This document shows, piece after piece, positions 60,241-64,000 of a stretch of DNA of 64,000 nucleotides; position 1 is the stretch's first letter, and each line of letters opens with the position of its first letter. A model generated the notes under the pieces. That model was not told where the DNA came from. It was given only the letters and a program-made list of their open reading frames with translations, and ran no database searches. Both the position numbers and the translations under genes were made by a program. The stretch comes from Alphaproteobacteria bacterium (lineage in GTDB: Bacteria; Pseudomonadota; Alphaproteobacteria; MPNO01; UBA830). The stretch spans positions 3,808,001 to 3,872,000 of the forward strand of contig OZ251539.1 in NCBI GenBank assembly GCA_965243135.1, written 5' to 3'.

Positions 60241-61741
60241 ATGGAAAGACGCCTGCTTCCGATCGGCATGTCCTCCCTCCGGGAAATCTGGAAAATGGAC
60301 TGCTACTACGTTGACAAGACGGACCATGTGCGCCGCCTCGTCGAAGGAGGCAAGCACTATTTCCTGTCGCGTCCGCGCCGGTTCGGCAAAACCCTCCTGG
60401 TGGACACGCTGCAGGAGCTGTTCGAAGGAAGCGAGGAGCCGTTCCGGGGCCTCGCCGTGCACGGCAAGTGGGACTGGTCGGCGCGCCGTCGTCCGGCTGG
60501 ATTTCAGCGGCGTGGGCGATTTCGACACGCCGGACGGGGGAACCTTGTAAGGGCAACCGGCGGCGACGGAGAGGCGCGCCGGCCTCGAACCGGGCCCCGC
60601 CGGGGCGGCGGTCCGTTTCCGCGAGTTGATCGAGGCCCTGCACGAGCGCACCGGGCAGCGAGCGGTCGTGCTGGTGGACGAACAAGCCGGTCCTGGACGC
60701 GCTCGGCGACCGGGAACTGGCGCTGGCCAACCGCGACTTCCGGCGCAGCCTGTACGGCGTGATCAAGGCCTGCGACGGGCATCTCCGTTTCGTTTTCCTG
60801 ACGGGGGTGAGCAAGTTGGCGGGCCTGTTCTCGGGTCTGAACAACCTGCGTCACGCTGGAGCCGGAGTTCTCGGACATTTACGGTTGCACGGACGACGAT
60901 CTGGACGCGGTCTTCGCCCCGGAACTCGAGGGCTTGGACCGGGACGAGGTCCGCCGCTGGTACAACGGCTACAACTGGCGCGGGCCGGAGAGGGTCTACA
61001 ACCCATTCGGCCTGCTGCTGCTGTTTCGGCGGCGCGAGTTCCGCCCGTACTGGTTCCAGAGCGGCACGCCAACCTTCCTCGTCGACCTTCTGGCGCGGTG
61101 CCGGGTCTCGGAGCCGGCCCTGGAAGGCGTGTTCGCGGACGACGACCTGCTGTCGGCCGTCGACCGCATCCTCGTCGAGACGCTGCTGTTCCAGACCGGC
61201 TACCTGACCATCGCCGACGAAGAGCAGGACGAGGACGCGCCCCTCTACCGGCTGGACTACCCGAACCAGGAGGTGAAGCGCAGCCTGAACGCGCTCCTGC
61301 CGGAGGCGATGGCGCCGGACGTTCCGATCGAGGCGGAGAGTCGGGAGCTGCGCCGCCTGGGCGAACGACTTCGCAGGCCTCGAGAATCTGTTCCGGGCGT
61401 TCTTGGCGAGCAACGAGTGGTACGCGAACACGGGCATGGCGGGCTACGAGGCGCACTATGCGAGCGTGTTCTACTCTCACTTCGTGGCGGCGGGTATGGA
61501 CGTCCGCGCCGAGGAGAGCACGGCGCACGGCCGTTCGGACATGGCGGTCCTGGGCGGCAGCGTCTACCTGTTCGAGTTCAAGGTCGTGGACGGAAAGCCG
61601 GAAGGGCGGGCGCTGAAGCAGATCCGGGAGCGCGGCTACGCGCACAAGTACCGGCGTCCGGACGTGACGATACACCTTATCGGGATCGAGTTCGGCCGTG
61701 AGGAGCGCAACATCGTCGGATTCGAGTTTGAGACCGTCTGA
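60241..61741 (+). pseudogene. AAA-ATPase-like plus PDDEXK_9 protein, copy 3, multiply frameshifted
   Basis: Motifs split over several frames with an internal stop; ends RNIVGFEFETV. Confidence 0.88.
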
Positions 61742-62169
61742 AACCGGGAGCCGCCGTCCGGCGACGGGAGCATGTCCCCGTGCCGGTTCAAGAGCCTCGG
61801 AGGTCTAAATTTCCGACCTCCCGACGTGGGGCTTGGATCGTTCTCATTAAATCTTTGCGCCGTGGCCGCGTTTCGCCTTCCCGCGCGACAGTGCGCCGCA
61901 TTGTCTCGGAGCCGCGCTGACCGTCGGCAGCGCGAGGGCATTATCGGGAGGAGGACCGATTGACAAAAATGCGGCATTACGCATTTCCGGCGACATCGGA
62001 AAATAATTCTATTCTTGCGAAATATCGAATTGATTTTTCACCCTATTCCAAACGGGGACCGAAAGCCTTCTTGCCGTAACTCCCGCTTCGCCGATGTCCG
62101 CTACACATAAATTACCGTCTACCGCCGCCGGGTTGCGCCGTGTCATCGTGGATAACCGAGACCTTCACG

Positions 62170-62895
62170 TCATCGCGGTTTCGCGCCCTTTTGTCGAACA
62201 AATGCTGCGCGAACATTCCGCTCAATCCGGTTGGGCTTTACTTCGTATTCAACGAAATCACCAATGCTGTCGTGCCTCATGTGCAATTGACCTTCGCCTA
62301 TATTCCCACGGTGCTGGCCTGTCGAATAGCGAGGATGCTTTGCTACTTCCCGCGACGAAAGGACCCAATACCGAATAAGGTCGCGCCACACCGCGATCAA
62401 TACAAAGATGTCGCAGCAGTCGCACTTCACCTGCTGAAAATTCATCCAGAATTCTTTTCCCGAATCCGAGTGCAAAGCCTTGATGTAGAGAGGTTCATCC
62501 GAATTCGCATCCACCGCTCTCGACGCTTTGACTTCAATGCGAATGTTATCCAACAATAGGTCGTATTGTCCGGAATATTGCGGATCTTCGCTTTTGGTTG
62601 GTTTTTTTAGATTTGGAACCAAGCTTTTTAGATGGCCCTGCGCCCAAGATTCGCCGAAAGAACGAGGTGCGCTAATCTCAAAAATATAAAGGAAAAGATT
62701 CCTATTTACGTAGTTATTCCGAAGTTCGTAATAGTCATCTAGAGTTAGTATTTTCATTGCGAGAAGTGTGCAAATAATGTATTCGTACTCATTGAATGGA
62801 TAAACTGAAACGAGAGACTCAACTCTTTCCCGAATTTCCTTTTCTTCAGGTATGTTTTTCAACAAATTATCGAGTTCTTCCTGAAGACGTTCCAT
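62170..62895 (-). CDS. Putative type II restriction endonuclease (PD-(D/E)XK)
   Basis: GQYDLL..IRIEVKASR, MNFQQVK; TGATG overlap with the MTase; lower GC. Confidence 0.6.
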   Translation of the reverse strand: MERLQEELDNLLKNIPEEKEIRERVESLVSVYPFNEYEYIICTLLAMKILTLDDYYELRNNYVNRNLFLYIFEISAPRSFGESWAQGHLKSLVPNLKKPTKSEDPQYSGQYDLLLDNIRIEVKASRAVDANSDEPLYIKALHSDSGKEFWMNFQQVKCDCCDIFVLIAVWRDLIRYWVLSSREVAKHPRYSTGQHRGNIGEGQLHMRHDSIGDFVEYEVKPNRIERNVRAAFVRQKGAKPR

Positions 62896-63875
62896 CAGAA
62901 CAATGTTTCTTGAGTGGACGGCGCTATCGGCTGGACTACCCCGACGTCCGCGAGGTCGTTTTCGAAGGGATGTCCATTTTGCCATCCGGTTCGCCCTGCT
63001 GTACGAAATCGTTCAAGACGACGAATGGAGATTTCAGCGTAGACAGGATCAATATCGATCGTGAAGCATTTTCTGTTAAGGATTTCACACGCCAGCAAAG
63101 TCGTACCGGAATGGGCAAAAAAATCTACTACCAAATCATCTGGTTTGGAGCTCGCTTGAACAATTCTTTCAATGGATTTCATTGGTTTTTGAGCATAGCA
63201 GCCAGAAACATTTTCCTCCATTCTATAAAATATTTGCTGAATATCGACCCAGACATTTCCTGCACGAATTGTATCCGATTTGCTCCTTTCCATATTCTCC
63301 ATTTTTCTTCCGTTTATTTCTTTATAGTATCCGCGCAGGATTTTAGGAATGTCAGTGTATTCCGCATCGACATTGAAACTCGGATTTCCTTTGGTATAGT
63401 AGAGCAGCTCTTGGCGAACCGCCATCCAGTTTTTTGGGGTTCCGTATCCACGCTGGTTTCTCATGGTGATATGGCTTCGCGCACGAAACGGTTGGTCTCT
63501 CATCATGATTATGAAGTCCGGGAACGGTTGGAAATCGTTTTTTTGATCCGCGCCTATCCAGACATAAAGAGATGAATCTGGAGTCAAAATACCGTATGTA
63601 TTAGATATCCATGTTTTGCACCATAGAATAAAATCCGGGATAGAACGGAATTCGAATGCCGCAAGGTTATATGGTGGATCGTGAACAGCGAGTTGTGCAC
63701 GTTGTCCGTCCATTATTTCTTCGATTTCCTCGAAATTACCCGCATCCAGGCATCCGACGCGGTGACCGTGAAGGCTGTCGGTCCAGATTTGCCCGGGCTC
63801 GAGCCGGCAATATGGAAGCAGCTTGCGGCGCAATTCTAGAGAGGTGTCGAGCCTCGGCAGAGGATTGTTTTTCAC
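62895..63875 (-). CDS. N6-A/N4-C DNA methyltransferase (beta class)
   Basis: DPPYN precedes QKP..and VVDFFAHSGTT. Confidence 0.9.
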   Translation of the reverse strand: MKNNPLPRLDTSLELRRKLLPYCRLEPGQIWTDSLHGHRVGCLDAGNFEEIEEIMDGQRAQLAVHDPPYNLAAFEFRSIPDFILWCKTWISNTYGILTPDSSLYVWIGADQKNDFQPFPDFIIMMRDQPFRARSHITMRNQRGYGTPKNWMAVRQELLYYTKGNPSFNVDAEYTDIPKILRGYYKEINGRKMENMERSKSDTIRAGNVWVDIQQIFYRMEENVSGCYAQKPMKSIERIVQASSKPDDLVVDFFAHSGTTLLACEILNRKCFTIDIDPVYAEISIRRLERFRTAGRTGWQNGHPFENDLADVGVVQPIAPSTQETLF

Positions 63876-64000
63876 GGATAGCGCCCCGTATGCTCCGGCG
63901 GATAATCAGGCGCTCGAGAGAGACCGCCCAAGTTTTGAGCTGTTAGATCGGAGGAACGCATTGCGTGCGGGCAACCTTGGGGAAGCCTGCAAAATCTGTC

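Overview
GC-rich bacterial window, visually about 65-70% GC. The gene set (queA-tgt, dctPQM, DUF3553) looks alphaproteobacterial, and the expanded AAA/PD-(D/E)XK genes plus an NHLP-YcaO RiPP resemble marine sponge symbiont genomes (inference only). From left to right: a partly decayed NHLP/YcaO RiPP locus (one intact precursor, one leader-only protein, one frameshifted precursor, hydroxylase and kinase neighbours); a TRAP transporter; tRNA-Leu(UAA); catabolic genes bracketed by an inverted ~170-bp element; decayed toxin-antitoxin genes; an AAA-DUF4143 gene and a PD-(D/E)XK nuclease; a Liv-type ABC operon; a tandem duplication with two mosaic AAA-PDDEXK_9 paralogs and a chimeric oppD/oppF remnant; an Opp/Dpp ABC operon; an island at about 41.7-49.2 kb (integrase pseudogene, hicAB, internally deleted group II intron, and a lower-GC, translationally coupled operon of C2H2 zinc-finger protein, coiled-coil protein and atypical Hsp70); housekeeping genes; a third frameshifted AAA-PDDEXK_9 copy; and a type II-like restriction-modification pair. 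The best candidate for an undescribed system is the ZnF/coiled-coil/Hsp70 operon. All calls come from motif recognition by eye; no database searches were run.
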